From NCBI GenBank assembly GCA_963751455.1, contig CAVVUN010000015.1:832001-896000 (forward strand): DNA of 64,000 bases, given 5' to 3'. Source of the DNA: Nitrospirota bacterium. Its GTDB lineage: Bacteria; Nitrospirota; UBA9217. Every line of letters begins with the position of its first letter. The first letter of the stretch is position 1. Shown piece after piece: positions 1-11,174 of this stretch. The notes beneath the pieces were generated by a model. The model was not told the DNA's origin. It worked only from the letters and a program-made list of their open reading frames with translations, and made no database searches. Position numbers and translations under genes: made by a program.

Positions 1-182
1 TATGGCAGATTCTTGGAAACAAGAGAAAGGTATTCTTCCAATTTATCCCTGTAAGCAAAAGCACATGGTGGGCCGGAGTGAAGTCAGGCAAGTATCCGAA
101 GCCAGTCAAGTTATCCGCCCGGTGCACATGCTGGTACGTTGAGGACATTCGGGCGCTGTTAGAACGCACGGGGAAGCCATAA
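1..182 (+). CDS. AlpA-family phage/ICE regulator, 5'-truncated by the window edge
   Basis: Own translation of frame 3: WQILGNKRK...IPVSKSTWWAGVKSGKYPKPVKLSARCTCWYVEDIRALLE, stop TAA at 180-182. Typical AlpA signature; not in the ORF track. Confidence 0.8.
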   Translation, partial: WQILGNKRKVFFQFIPVSKSTWWAGVKSGKYPKPVKLSARCTCWYVEDIRALLERTGKP

Positions 183-261
183 GCCGGAGCGACCGATTAT
201 CGCGCACTCTCTTTCACAAACAACACTGCAATTTCGATTTATTCCAAGAATTGATAATTGC

Positions 262-385
262 TGCCGGATGGGCTTCGGCAAAGACGAAATGACGGGTCAT
301 GGTCTCCGGGCCATGGCGCGAACGATCCTTGACGAAGTTCCTCAGGTGCGGCCGGAATTCATAGAACATCAGCTGGCGCATAGGT
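262..385 (+). pseudogene. Fragment of a P4-like tyrosine integrase (catalytic box II)
   Basis: Translates RMGFGKDEMTGHGLRAMARTILDEVPQVRPEFIEHQLAH (HxxR...LAH). No upstream body and no catalytic Tyr segment. Confidence 0.8.
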
Positions 386-1134
386 TAGACACGGCACAAG
401 GGATTTTTTTTGTCAAAAAATACGCTTATCGGAGGTGCGGTTGAGAACCGAAAAGGATAACTCGGACGGCATTATCGAGGTCCATGATCAAAACAAAAAA
501 CAATTTGCCGCCCTCTGGAATTGATTGTTGGATCGTCAGGATTTATCCACGTGCGAAAAAATGGTCTGGATTGCTCTGAAATCATACGCCGGCTATTCGG
601 TATGTTACATAAGACGCATGCTTTTGACGGCTACCCGGTCATCCCTGTCCGTTACTATCCATTTTTTTTCGACAATAAACGTCTTGTTCCCGCAGTTTCC
701 TTAGATTTTCCGCGACATATAGTGTGAACCACCGCATCATCCTCATTTTATGCTATATTTATACGCATGTAACGGCGTGACCCGTTGTTCGATTAAAACA
801 CCTGCGTTCTTTCTGATACCCGGCATAATTTTTTAAATGATTCATCAATGCCGGCGCTAATGTGCCGACTTCACGAACAGCGGCCTCCGCGAAAAACAGC
901 AAACCCTCTATCGCCCTGTCGGTCCATGGGACTGAGAGGGCGGAGCTCTGCTGACATAAATTCTCCAATCATGAATCACAGAACATGGGTTTCCACGCAG
1001 GGATTGTTCTCTTAATTAATCCGCTTTTTTCCGCTCGACCAGAAGATCGCCTATCTCTATCAGCCATGAGCCGTCAACCAGACGCGACAAACTGAACTCC
1101 CGGTTTCATATCGCAACATTTATTTAAATCAGCC

Positions 1135-2514
1135 ATGAAGTTTAAGTATTTCTCCAAAAAGAAAATTTTATTATTGCTGGGAGACGCAGGCATAATCTCC
1201 TGCTCCTATATTCTATCCATGTTAATCTGGTTCGGTTCTTTTCATGGGCATGACATAATCACTCTGTTGAAGGGGTCCTCATCATTCCTTGTCGCCTATT
1301 CGTTTATTTTTTATCTGCTGGATTTTTATAGTCTTGACCTGGATTCCCGGCATATTAAATATTTTTTCAAACATCTGATCGGGGTCGTTGTCGCCGCGGG
1401 GGCGCTCGCAATATACTTTTTTTTCTACCCGGATCTGAGGTCAGGCAGGGGGGTGTTTATTTTGTGCGCGGCGTTGGGAGGCGCCGGCACCTACCTCTGG
1501 AGGTTTGTCCTTCTGCCGATGTTTAAAAAGAAGTCGATGCAGCAAAAGCAACTCTTGATTCTCGGCGTGGATGGCGCCGCGGAGAAACTCTATAAGGCAA
1601 TGCAAGACGACCCGGACTATAGCGTGCTTGGACACACAACAGACGATGGCGGCCCTGTTTGGAAGGCCTCTCCTTCTCCCGCAATGGCCGAAGACTCAGC
1701 GACGTTAAAACAGATTATCAGATCCAGGAATATAAACGCCCTTGTCCTTGCAAGCAGCACTTTCAAGAAGCCCGAACTTTTGAAATCCGCCCTGGATTGC
1801 AAACTCGACGGGGTTATGGTCTATGACATGCCGTCCTTTTATGAAAAAATAACCGGGAAGGTCCCTGTGGAGCATGTGACGGACTTTTGGCTTGTTTTTA
1901 CGCCGTTATTGGGCGTAAAAAAAAATATATATAACAATAAAGTGAAAAGGGGCCTTGATATCATTCTCATCTTCATCGGCGCGGCGCTTGCGCTTCCTCT
2001 TGCCCTGGTTGCGGCAGTGGCCGTTTATTTAGACTCCAGGGGCGCCATACTGTACAGGCAGAAACGCGTGGGGCTGAACGGCAAACTATTCACGCTGTTG
2101 AAATTCCGTTCCATGCGGAGTGGAACGGACCATGACAGGGAGCATGCCGGAGAACGGGACGACCCGCGAATAACGAGAACCGGCAAAGTACTGAGGTTTT
2201 TCAGGATAGACGAGTTGCCGCAGCTGTGGAATATCCTGAAGGGAGAAATGAGCTTTTTCGGCCCCCGTCCGCTGCTCGAGGAAGAAGTGCGCGAGTTCGA
2301 ATCCAGAATACCCTATTTTTCACTTCGTCATTCGATACGGCCGGGGCTCTCCGGGTGGGCGCAAGTGCATTTCAGGCACGGAACGACGGTAGCGGACGGA
2401 CTGGAAAAGTTTCAATATGACCTTTTCTACATAAAAAATCTCTCGCCGCTCCTGGATCTGGTAATTCTGTTGAAAACGATAAAAGTGGTATTGTTCGGGA
2501 AAGGGGCGAGGTGA
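1135..2514 (+). CDS. Priming polyprenyl-phosphate hexose-1-phosphate transferase (WcaJ/WbaP family)
   Basis: N-terminal TM helices; C-terminal KFRSM, DPRITRTG, RIDELPQLWNILKGEMS..GPRP, PGLSGWAQV, YDLFYI motifs. Confidence 0.93.
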   Translation: MKFKYFSKKKILLLLGDAGIISCSYILSMLIWFGSFHGHDIITLLKGSSSFLVAYSFIFYLLDFYSLDLDSRHIKYFFKHLIGVVVAAGALAIYFFFYPDLRSGRGVFILCAALGGAGTYLWRFVLLPMFKKKSMQQKQLLILGVDGAAEKLYKAMQDDPDYSVLGHTTDDGGPVWKASPSPAMAEDSATLKQIIRSRNINALVLASSTFKKPELLKSALDCKLDGVMVYDMPSFYEKITGKVPVEHVTDFWLVFTPLLGVKKNIYNNKVKRGLDIILIFIGAALALPLALVAAVAVYLDSRGAILYRQKRVGLNGKLFTLLKFRSMRSGTDHDREHAGERDDPRITRTGKVLRFFRIDELPQLWNILKGEMSFFGPRPLLEEEVREFESRIPYFSLRHSIRPGLSGWAQVHFRHGTTVADGLEKFQYDLFYIKNLSPLLDLVILLKTIKVVLFGKGAR

Positions 2515-2557
2515 GGAATAACTATGCAGGCAAAAGTTTTTGAGGAGTGATTGAATA

Positions 2558-3637
2558 ATGAGAACAAAATCCACCATATTTATTTCCGTTCTGTTTCTGT
2601 CATCAGCCTCATTCCTGGCGCCGGGGTGCGCTACCTACAGCGAAATCAGTCCCGGATCCGTCATGGAAGTTACTCACCAGGAAACGCTGAGTCCCGTGAA
2701 GAAGGCCGAAGCGAATAAATCTCCGCAGCCGGCCGCTTCTGTCGTCGAACAGGAGCTCGTGACGGTGCCTCCTTTGGAGGAACCGGCCCCGCCGGCGGAT
2801 TATATTGTCGGTCCCCATGACATATTATACATAAACGTGAGCGGCAAACCCGAATTCTCGACCGCGAGAAGCAGGGTTGACGGAAGCGGCAATATTCAGT
2901 TTCCCTTTCTCGGGACGGTGCGGGTCGGAGGCATGACCCTGGTCCAGATACAGAGCCGTCTGCGTGAACTCGTACTGCAATATATAAAGGAACCCTGGGT
3001 CGTTGTTGAGGTCGTAGAGTACCAGAGCAAGCCCCTCTACCTTCTCGGGCAATTTAGAAACCCCGGCACCCGTTATATGGACAGGCCTCTGAACCTTCTG
3101 CAGGGAATCGCTTTTGGGAACGGATTCGACCCCGCAGCCAGTCTCACCGCCGCGAGGCTTATCCGCGATCACAAAGTGGCGCCGGTGGATATCAATGAAC
3201 TGCTCACCACGGGCGATCAGCGGCAGAACGTCTGGCTCAAGACAGGCGATACCATCTACATTCCCGACAGCAGGAATACCCAGGTCTTTGTCTTCGGCGC
3301 GGTTAAAAAGGGAGGTCCTCAACCGATACCGTCGGGCGGAATCACCCTCGGGCAGGCGATTGCCGGCGCGGAACTGCGCGATAGCGGTTATGATTCCACT
3401 CATATACGCATCATTCGTTCCCTGTCCGCAACCCGCGGGGAACTCATCGTTGTTGATTTCGACAGGATACTGCGCGGCAAGGCGCTTCCCTTTGCGCTTA
3501 AGGAAGGGGACATTGTCTACGTTCCCAGGAACCGCTTCGGGACCTGGAACGATGCTATAAACGAGATTCTGCCGTCGCTTCAGGCCATCAGCGCAATTTT
3601 GCAGCCGTTCGTCCAGATAAAATTTTTACAGGAGTGA
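2558..3637 (+). CDS. wza: Polysaccharide export outer-membrane lipoprotein
   Basis: Lipobox-like APGC; DYIVGPHDIL and RVDGSGNIQFPFLG Poly_export motif; SLBB repeats (GDTIYIP, GDIVYVP). Confidence 0.9.
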   Translation: MRTKSTIFISVLFLSSASFLAPGCATYSEISPGSVMEVTHQETLSPVKKAEANKSPQPAASVVEQELVTVPPLEEPAPPADYIVGPHDILYINVSGKPEFSTARSRVDGSGNIQFPFLGTVRVGGMTLVQIQSRLRELVLQYIKEPWVVVEVVEYQSKPLYLLGQFRNPGTRYMDRPLNLLQGIAFGNGFDPAASLTAARLIRDHKVAPVDINELLTTGDQRQNVWLKTGDTIYIPDSRNTQVFVFGAVKKGGPQPIPSGGITLGQAIAGAELRDSGYDSTHIRIIRSLSATRGELIVVDFDRILRGKALPFALKEGDIVYVPRNRFGTWNDAINEILPSLQAISAILQPFVQIKFLQE

Positions 3638-3679
3638 AATTAAGCTTCTTTCGTGTCCCGGTTGAAAAAACTCTTTTTG

Positions 3680-3893
3680 CCGCGGAGGCATGGAGAACTG
3701 ATTTATTTTTTGTACTACTCAGCAGGCCTGCATAAGAAAAGCATTTTTGAACCCAGAAAAACATTTATCCGCAGATTTCGCAGATGTCCGCAGATTTGAA
3801 AATCTGCAAAATTCAAGTTCGGTTTAATCCGTGAAATCTGCGTAATCTGCGGATAAGCATCATATACCCAGAGTTTTTTCTGTGTCTCTGTGG
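3680..3893. repeat. Nested palindromic element with periodic arms
   Basis: Inner arms atccgcagatttcgcagatgtccgcagat (3767-3795) / aatccgtgaaatctgcgtaatctgcggat (3826-3854). Outer arms ccgcggaggcatggaga (3680-3696) / tctgtgtctctgtgg (3879-3893). Confidence 0.8.
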
Positions 3894-4046
3894 TTATGCA
3901 TTGTCGTTCATTTTTTCTACGAATGAGCCGAAATTAATTCAAGTTCAAGGTCCGATGTTCTCTCGACAGCTCTTTCCGCTCAGCGTGCAGCGCCGAAACC
4001 CGGCTCCCTGTCTCGAACATTGTACCTGGAACCGGGAAGGACCGCA

Positions 4047-6450
4047 ATGACTACCGACCTCCAACGCCCTCAATCCCGATCACCCTTGCAATCCGGCGAA
4101 GTCCATCTCCATGATTACATTCGTGTAATCATGCGCCGCCGCCGGTCCTTTCTCATCGCCTTCTGCGTCGTCTTTTTTTCCGTAGCCGTTTACACGTTTG
4201 CCATGAAGCCGGTTTACCAGGCATTCGCCACGCTGCAGGTGCGGGAAGAGAAGGGCAAAGGGGACCTTCTCGGCGCACTGGGGGTGAGCCAGCAGAGCCC
4301 GGTTGATGCCGAGATCGAAATCATCAAGTCGCGCACCAATGCCGAGCAGGTCGTGAAGCGGCTTCAACTGGACCTGCAGGTGGCCAAACAGACGCGGGGA
4401 TTTTCCTTCAAAATCGCCGACTTCGCAAGCGCCGAGCCCCGGGCGGTGTATCGCGTGGAGTTGACGGGTCCGGACAGTTACCAGGTGCTCGACAGCGACG
4501 GCAAACCGGTCGGCGCCGGAAAAAGCGGCGTGCTCCTGCAGGCGGGCGCCCTGAGGCTTGTCCTGACCGGCCTCAAGGGCAAGCCGGGCGACAGTTTCCA
4601 GCTTTCCTCCCGACCCCTGTATGCGGCTGCCGACAGTCTTAAAGGAAGGATCAAGGCCTCCGAGGTGGGGAACAAGACGAAAATCATCCGCCTGTCATAC
4701 GAAGACACCGACCCGGTCATGGCCCGGGACGTAGTCAATACGCTGGTCCGGGTCTACCTGGACCAGAGCGTGGCCTTCAAGACCGAGGAGGCGAGCAAGG
4801 CCCTCGATTTCATAGAAGAGCAGATGAACAGCGTGCGGGGCGAGCTCGACGTTTCTGAAAAAAACCTGCAGGTATATAAGACCGGTTCCGGCGTGGTCAA
4901 GCTCGATAGCGAGGCGGGAGAGCTTGTCAAAAGGATTTCCGAAGTGGAGAAGGAGAGAACAAATCTTGTTTTGCAGCGCAAGCAGGTTGAGTTTGCCCTG
5001 GCCGCGCAGCGGGATTCGCTCGAGCAGGGCGCCGTTTATATCCCGGCTGGGGGCAAGGACGACCCGCGTGGGCACGATGGCCGCCAGGCTGACGGACCTG
5101 GAAGTGCAGAAGCGGACGCTTCTTGCCGACTACACCGAGACCCATCCTGCCGTCAGAGCCGTCCAGGAGCAGATCGGTGAAGTTCAGAAAAAAATCCGGA
5201 ATGCCTACGAGACCAGCCTGAAAAACCTGGAAAAACAGGCGGAAATCGTAACCCGGCAACTGTCGCTCTACGAAGGAGAATTCCGGAAACTTCCCGCAGC
5301 GGAGCGCGATTTGGCCCGCCTCATGCGCCACACCACGGTGAGCGCCGAGGTTTACACCCTTCTCCTCCAGAAACGCGAGGAGGCGCGCATTGCCAAGGCC
5401 TCCACGATCAGCAGCATCAATGTTATCGACCCGGCCATAACGCCCGCCACGCCCCTGAGACCGAACAAGCGGAAGAACCTCATGCTCGGCCTCCTGGTCG
5501 GCTTGATGCTCGGGGCGGGTCTGGGCTTTTTCCAGGAGTACCTGGACGACACGATCAAGGACGCCGAGGGGGCCCGGCGGGAATTCAGCGCTCCGGTCCT
5601 GGCGATCATACCTTTTATTCCTCATCGCAACGGCGACTCCGCGGAGGAACACGGCCTTTCTCTCATCGCTCAACGGGAACCAAAATCGTCCGTGGCCGAG
5701 GCTTTCCGCGGCCTCAGGACCAGCCTTCACTTCTCCGCCATCAACCGGGAAAAGAAATTACTCATCTTCACCAGCGCCTTTGCCGGCGAGGGAAAGACCA
5801 CCATCGCCGCCAACCTGGCGGCCACCCTGGTGCAAACCGGGGCCCGGACGCTGTTGATCGACTGCGACCTGCGTCGTCCGAACCTGCATGAGTTCTTCAA
5901 GCACGCCAAGGCGCCGGGACTCACCGAAGTCCTTGCCGGCGACGCGAGCTTTGAGAGCGTTCTCCGCGATACCGGGCTCGCCGGGCTCGATTTCGTCAGC
6001 GCCGGCACTACCCCTCCCAACCCGGCCGAACTTCTCGGCTCCGGGCGGATGGCGGAGCTGCTTCTCAGATTAAAGGGCGCCTACGATCATATTCTGCTCG
6101 ATGCCCCGCCGGTCCTCGCGGTCACTGATGCGCCGCTCCTGACGATCCGCTGCGACATGGCCCTCATTGTCATGGAGACCGAGCGGGTGCCGGTCAAGGC
6201 CGGCCGTCGAATGGCCGAGATGCTTGCCAACGTCAGCGCGCCCGTGGCCGGGGTGATCGTCAACGACAAGTCAGGCCGCAGCCTCGAGCGTTACGGCTAC
6301 TACCGCGATGGTTATTACGGCTACGGGTATTACGGGTCCGGATATTATTCCGACGAGGAGCCCGAATCCCGGAGAAAAGGTCCGCGGCTGCTGCGGCTGC
6401 TTCTCCCGGGAAAGAACGGGTTGTTCGTAAAAAAGTCGAAAAGGCCGTAG
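4047..6450 (+). CDS. wzc: Polysaccharide co-polymerase / BY-kinase, split by a frameshift near 5070
   Basis: ORF 4020-5180 gives the Wzz-like N-terminus. ORF 4924-6450 gives Walker A GEGKTT, IDCDLRRP, LDAPP and the C-terminal Tyr cluster YGYYRDGYYGYGYYGSGYY. Confidence 0.92.
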
Positions 6451-6561
6451 AGACGCAGATTTTATTCTAAAATATTTGAACTATTCAGGTCAGCCGCTTC
6501 ATATCGGTGCTAGGCGCGCCGAGAGATCTTTAACGAATAGTTACCGGAGAATAAGGAAAGC

Positions 6562-7322
6562 ATGAATACGAAAAATCCGGGGAGCAAGGAACAGCGTTCC
6601 AGTCTCGATACGATGAGCATGCCGAAACATGTCGCGATCATTATGGACGGAAACGGCAGGTGGGCCATCAGGCGCGGGTTGCCGCGGATAGCCGGGCACA
6701 AGAAGGGCACCGACGCCGTGCGAAGGGTTACCGATTACTGCCGCCATCTGGGGATATCCGTGCTGACCCTCTACGCGTTCTCAGACGAGAACTGGGGAAG
6801 ACCAAAAGAAGAAGTAGCTTTCCTCATGGACAGGATCAGTTCTTTTTTGAAGGCCGAGATCGAAACGATGAGGACGAAGAACGTACGGTTCCGATCGATC
6901 GGCAGAATCGAGCGTCTTCCTTTGTCGGCCCAGAACTGGATCAAGAAGGCGGTGACCGAAACGGCGGGGAACACCGGTCTGATACTGAACCTTGCCCTTT
7001 CCTACGGAGGACGGGGCGAGATTCTCGAAGCGATCAGGCGCATGCATGCGGCCAACGGGAAGGCGGATCCGCTGACTGAAGAGCTGTTCTCGTCGTTTCT
7101 GGACACGGGAGGCCTTCCCGACCCCGACCTCATCATACGCACGAGCGGCGAAAAGCGGATCAGCAACTTCCTGCTCTGGCAGACGGCGTATGCAGAGCTG
7201 TATTTTACGGATAAAATCTGGCCTGATTTCGAAGAAAAGGATCTGTTGGACGCAAAACTCGATTTTATCCGAAAAGACAGCGCAGGTTCGGACTGACCCG
7301 GGAGCAGGTTGTGCAGAAGTGA
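6562..7322 (+). CDS. uppS: Undecaprenyl diphosphate synthase (cis-prenyltransferase), frameshift near the C-terminus
   Basis: PKHVAIIMDGNGRWA, YAFSDENWGRP, DLIIRTSGEKRISNFLLWQ. The RRFG tail lies in another frame ending at TGA 7320-7322. Confidence 0.92.
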
Positions 7323-7338
7323 AACGGTAAACTCCTGT

Positions 7339-7611
7339 CTGCAGATAACGCTGATTTCGCAGATAAAAGCAAACCTGAATTCTAAAAAATCAAAAGCTAA
7401 TCCTGACTTGTCATGAAGTTATTTTCATCCCAGCGGCAGAGCTGCGGGTATTTCAGGATGTTTTTATAAAATCTGATTTACATCGGATTTACCAAATACC
7501 GTTCAGGTCTTCATACTTCACCCAGAGGATGAAACGCTGTCTTGTCCTATCGCTTTGTTTTTATCCGCAGTTTCCGTGTTTATCCGCGTCCAAATGTTTT
7601 TTCAGGATGAA
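7339..7611. repeat. Palindromic element with 9-nt periodic arms
   Basis: Left ctgcagataacgctgatttcgcagataaa (7339-7367); right ttatccgcagtttccgtgtttatccgcgtccaaatgttttttcaggatgaa (7561-7611). Confidence 0.7.
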
Positions 7612-8395
7612 TAATTCAGAATTCAAAACTCAAAGCGCAACGGATTACCATTGTCATCTGCTGCCCGGCATAGACGACGGCCCTTCCACCATGGACGAGT
7701 CGGTAGAGCTGGCAAGGGCTTTCCGTGGGGCAGGCTATACCACGGTTTTTTGCACGCCGCATCTGGTTAAGGGCAGCTTCGACATCGACAACGCAACGGT
7801 AGGGACGGTCCGGGCCGCGCTCCAGGCCGAACTCACACGACGACAGATAGACCTGCGGCTCCTTCCGGGACGGGAATACTATCTTGACGAATTTCTCATG
7901 GAATACCTGCAAGATCCCCAGCCGCTCGGAAATTCAAGGTTTCTCCTGATCGAGGTGCCCGACTATGCGCCGGCGGAGTTCGTCAAGGATGCCTGCTACC
8001 GGATCAAATGCAGCGGCTACGTGCCCATGATCGCGCATCCTGAGCGGTGTGTTCTCTTTGCCTTGCCGAAGCAGAAACAGGAAAGCGTATTAGGCAAGGC
8101 TCTGAGGACGATATTTACCGGGGGCGGGAAAAATAACTTTAAAACCCGGGCCTTGAACGCCGGAGGCGCGACTAATGAACTGCTGGATTATTTGAGGGAC
8201 ATCGGCTGCGCTTTTCAGGGGAATCTGGGGAGTTTTTTCGGAATGTACGGCGAGCGGGTGCGGAAAGCCGCCGACGGCCTGCAGGAAATTCAGCTCTATA
8301 CGCATTTCGGCACCGATGTTCACGCACTTGAAAACCTGCGGCATCTGCTTCATATCAGGACGCGGGTTCATCAAAATCTGAACGCTCTCTATTGA
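7607..8395 (+). CDS. PHP-family protein tyrosine phosphatase (CpsB/YwqE-like)
   Basis: DYHCHLLPGIDDG, CTPH, IAHPER, GTDVH. Start set at ATG 7607 because the upstream extension is repeat-derived. Confidence 0.9.
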   Translation: MNNSEFKTQSATDYHCHLLPGIDDGPSTMDESVELARAFRGAGYTTVFCTPHLVKGSFDIDNATVGTVRAALQAELTRRQIDLRLLPGREYYLDEFLMEYLQDPQPLGNSRFLLIEVPDYAPAEFVKDACYRIKCSGYVPMIAHPERCVLFALPKQKQESVLGKALRTIFTGGGKNNFKTRALNAGGATNELLDYLRDIGCAFQGNLGSFFGMYGERVRKAADGLQEIQLYTHFGTDVHALENLRHLLHIRTRVHQNLNALY

Positions 8396-8406
8396 ACCAA
8401 GTCATT

Positions 8407-10203
8407 ATGTGCGGAATAGTTTCCATATTTGCCTACAACAGCGGCGCTCCTTCGGTCGACCGGGACGAGTTGCTTCGCATGCGCGACAGGATGATCACGC
8501 GCGGTCCGGACGGGTGCGGCGAATGGTACTCGGCCGACAAACGCGTCGGCCTGGGGCACCGCCGCCTGGCCGTCATCGATCCGTCTGCGGCCGGCGCACA
8601 GCCGATGGCTGATACGGACGGCAATTCAGTCATCACCTTCAACGGCGAGATCTACAATTACCGGGAACTGCGCGATCGCCTGGAAAAGAAAGGCCGACGC
8701 TTCCGCTCGAGAAGCGATACCGAGGTCCTGCTCCAGCTCTACGCCGACAAGGGCGCGGAGATGGTGCATGAACTGCGCGGCATGTACGCCTTTGCAATCT
8801 GGGACGAACGGAAGAAGGGGCTGTTCCTTGCCCGCGATCCTTTCGGCATCAAGCCCCTTTATTACGCGGACAACGGCCGGACCTTTCGCTCCGCTTCCCA
8901 GGTAAAGGCGCTTCTTGCCGGAGGACGTATAGATACGGCGCCGGAACCCGCCGGTCACGCGGGGTTCTTTCTCTGGGGGCATGTGCCGGAGCCGTACACT
9001 CTCTACAGGGGGATCAGGTCTCTTCCCGCCGGGACATCGCTCTGGATTGATAACGAGGGAAAGAAGCGTTTCAGCAACTTTTGCAGCATCAGCAGGGAAT
9101 TGGCGGAAGCCGGCAAACACCCGCTTTCGCCGGGACCTCCGGAGATGCGGGAGCGCATACGCACGGCGCTCCTCGACAGCGTCCGTCATCACCTGATCGC
9201 CGACGTGCCGGTCGGCGTTTTCCTTTCTTCAGGCCTCGACTCCACAACCCTGGCGGCGCTGACCGCGGAGGTGGCGACGGGGGAGCTGCACACCGTCACC
9301 CTCGGCTTTAAGGAATACCGGGGAACGGAGAACGACGAGGTCCCGCTGGCCGAGCAGGTTGCGAGACATTACGGCGCCGTACACCGGACCATCTGGGTGG
9401 AGCGGCGGGATTTCCATGATGAGCTCGGCCGGATGCTGGAGGCCATGGACCAGCCGACCACCGACGGGATCAACAGCTACTTCGTGAGCAAGGCGGCCGC
9501 GGCCGCCGGCCTGAAAGTCGTCATCTCCGGCCTGGGAGGGGACGAGCTGTTCGGCAGCTACCCGAGCTTCAGCCAGGTGCCCCGCATGGCCGGCATGCTC
9601 GGTCCTGCCGGCGCTTTACCGGCCGTGGGGCGGGCGTTCCGCGCCGTCTTCGCGCCGCTTTTGAAACACGTTACCTCTCCTAAATACGCGGGGCTGCTGG
9701 AATACGGCGGCAGCTACGGCGGGGCTTATCTTCTGCGGCGCGGCATGTTCATGCCGTGGGAACTGCCGGGACTGCTCGATGGGGAAATGGCGCGGGAAGG
9801 GTGGCGGGAGCTGCAGACCCTGCTCCGGCTGGAACAGACCGTGCAGGGAATCGGGAGCGCTCATTTGAAGGTCTCGGCCCTGGAGATGGAATGGTACATG
9901 CGCAGCCAGCTTCTTCGCGATACCGACTGGGCGAGCATGGCCCACTCCGTAGAGATCAGGACGCCGCTTATTGACATTGAAATTTTACGAACACTTGCGC
10001 CCCTGTTCCGCGGTCCAGGCGCTCCTGTTAAGGGCGAGATGGCGTTTACCCCGCGGAAACCGCTTCCCAACGCGATCCTCAGCCGGGGGAAAACCGGCTT
10101 TGTCGTGCCGGTAAAGGAATGGCTGCCGGGAGACGGGGGCGCGGGAAAGCTGCGGGGGCTGCGGGGGTGGGCAATGAAGGTGTATGAGGAATTGAACCGG
10201 TGA
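8407..10203 (+). CDS. asnB: Asparagine synthase-like glutamine amidotransferase (polysaccharide amidation)
   Basis: N-terminal MCGI, RGPD, GHRRLAVID, NGEIYN, RDPFGIKPLYY, LSSGLDS, SGLGGDELF. Confidence 0.92.
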   Translation: MCGIVSIFAYNSGAPSVDRDELLRMRDRMITRGPDGCGEWYSADKRVGLGHRRLAVIDPSAAGAQPMADTDGNSVITFNGEIYNYRELRDRLEKKGRRFRSRSDTEVLLQLYADKGAEMVHELRGMYAFAIWDERKKGLFLARDPFGIKPLYYADNGRTFRSASQVKALLAGGRIDTAPEPAGHAGFFLWGHVPEPYTLYRGIRSLPAGTSLWIDNEGKKRFSNFCSISRELAEAGKHPLSPGPPEMRERIRTALLDSVRHHLIADVPVGVFLSSGLDSTTLAALTAEVATGELHTVTLGFKEYRGTENDEVPLAEQVARHYGAVHRTIWVERRDFHDELGRMLEAMDQPTTDGINSYFVSKAAAAAGLKVVISGLGGDELFGSYPSFSQVPRMAGMLGPAGALPAVGRAFRAVFAPLLKHVTSPKYAGLLEYGGSYGGAYLLRRGMFMPWELPGLLDGEMAREGWRELQTLLRLEQTVQGIGSAHLKVSALEMEWYMRSQLLRDTDWASMAHSVEIRTPLIDIEILRTLAPLFRGPGAPVKGEMAFTPRKPLPNAILSRGKTGFVVPVKEWLPGDGGAGKLRGLRGWAMKVYEELNR

Positions 10204-11174
10204 AACGGGCCCTTATTTGCGGCATCTCGGGCCAGGACGGGGCCTATCTCGCGCTGTTGCTGCTGACCAGGGGGTATGAAGTCTTCGGCACGTCCCGGGA
10301 CGCCCAGATGTCGTCGTTCCAGAACCTCCGTGCCCTGGGGATTCGAGGGAACGTCCGGCTTGAATCCATGGCTCCGAACGATTTCCGGAGCGTATTGCAG
10401 GTCCTGACGAAGGTCCGGCCGGACGAAGTATACAACCTCGCGGGACAGAGCTCGGTCGGTCTTTCGTTCCAGCAGCCGGTGGAAACCCTGGAGAGCATCA
10501 GCGTCGGCACGCTGAACCTGCTGGAGGCGATCAGGTTTTCCGGACAGCCGGTCAAATTATACAATGCCGGCTCCAGTGAATCTTTCGGCAATACCGACGG
10601 CGCCCGCGCCGCCGAAACCACTCCCTTCCACCCCCGCAGTCCCTACGGCGTGGCAAAGGCCGCGGCGTTCTGGGAGATCGCCAACTACCGCGAGGCTTAC
10701 GGCCTGTTCGCCTGTTCCGGCATTCTCTTCAATCATGAATCGCCGCTTCGCCCGGAAAGGTTCGTGACCAGGAAGATCATCGCGGCGGCCTGCCGCATCG
10801 CGGCCGGGAGCCGGGAAAAGCTTCGCCTGGGGAATATCTCCATCCAGCGCGACTGGGGGTGGGCCCCGGAATACGTGGAAGCCATGTGGCGCATGCTGCA
10901 GCAGGACCAGGCGGATGATTTTGTCATCGCAACCGGTGAAACACATAGTCTTGAGGATTTCGTGGATGCCGCGTTCAGCCAGGCCGGTCTTTTCTGGCAG
11001 GACCATGTGGAAATCGACCCGGAGCTGCTCCGGCCGGCGGATCTTGAAATCGGCAGGGCCGATCCCGCGAAGGCAATGAAGGTACTGGGCTGGCAAGCTC
11101 ACTACAGAATGCGGGATGTGGTCAGGATGATGATCGAACATGAGCAGGCCGGGGCCGCAAGGAAGCGTGATTGA
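10200..11174 (+). CDS. gmd: GDP-mannose 4,6-dehydratase
   Basis: GISGQDGAYL, PRSPYGVAK, GILFNHESPLR, RDWGWA. Confidence 0.9.
   Translation: MKRALICGISGQDGAYLALLLLTRGYEVFGTSRDAQMSSFQNLRALGIRGNVRLESMAPNDFRSVLQVLTKVRPDEVYNLAGQSSVGLSFQQPVETLESISVGTLNLLEAIRFSGQPVKLYNAGSSESFGNTDGARAAETTPFHPRSPYGVAKAAAFWEIANYREAYGLFACSGILFNHESPLRPERFVTRKIIAAACRIAAGSREKLRLGNISIQRDWGWAPEYVEAMWRMLQQDQADDFVIATGETHSLEDFVDAAFSQAGLFWQDHVEIDPELLRPADLEIGRADPAKAMKVLGWQAHYRMRDVVRMMIEHEQAGAARKRD

Noticed and set aside
521-968. Short ORFs upstream of the capsule locus
   Set aside because: No motifs or ribosome-binding sites; probably non-coding or decayed sequence.
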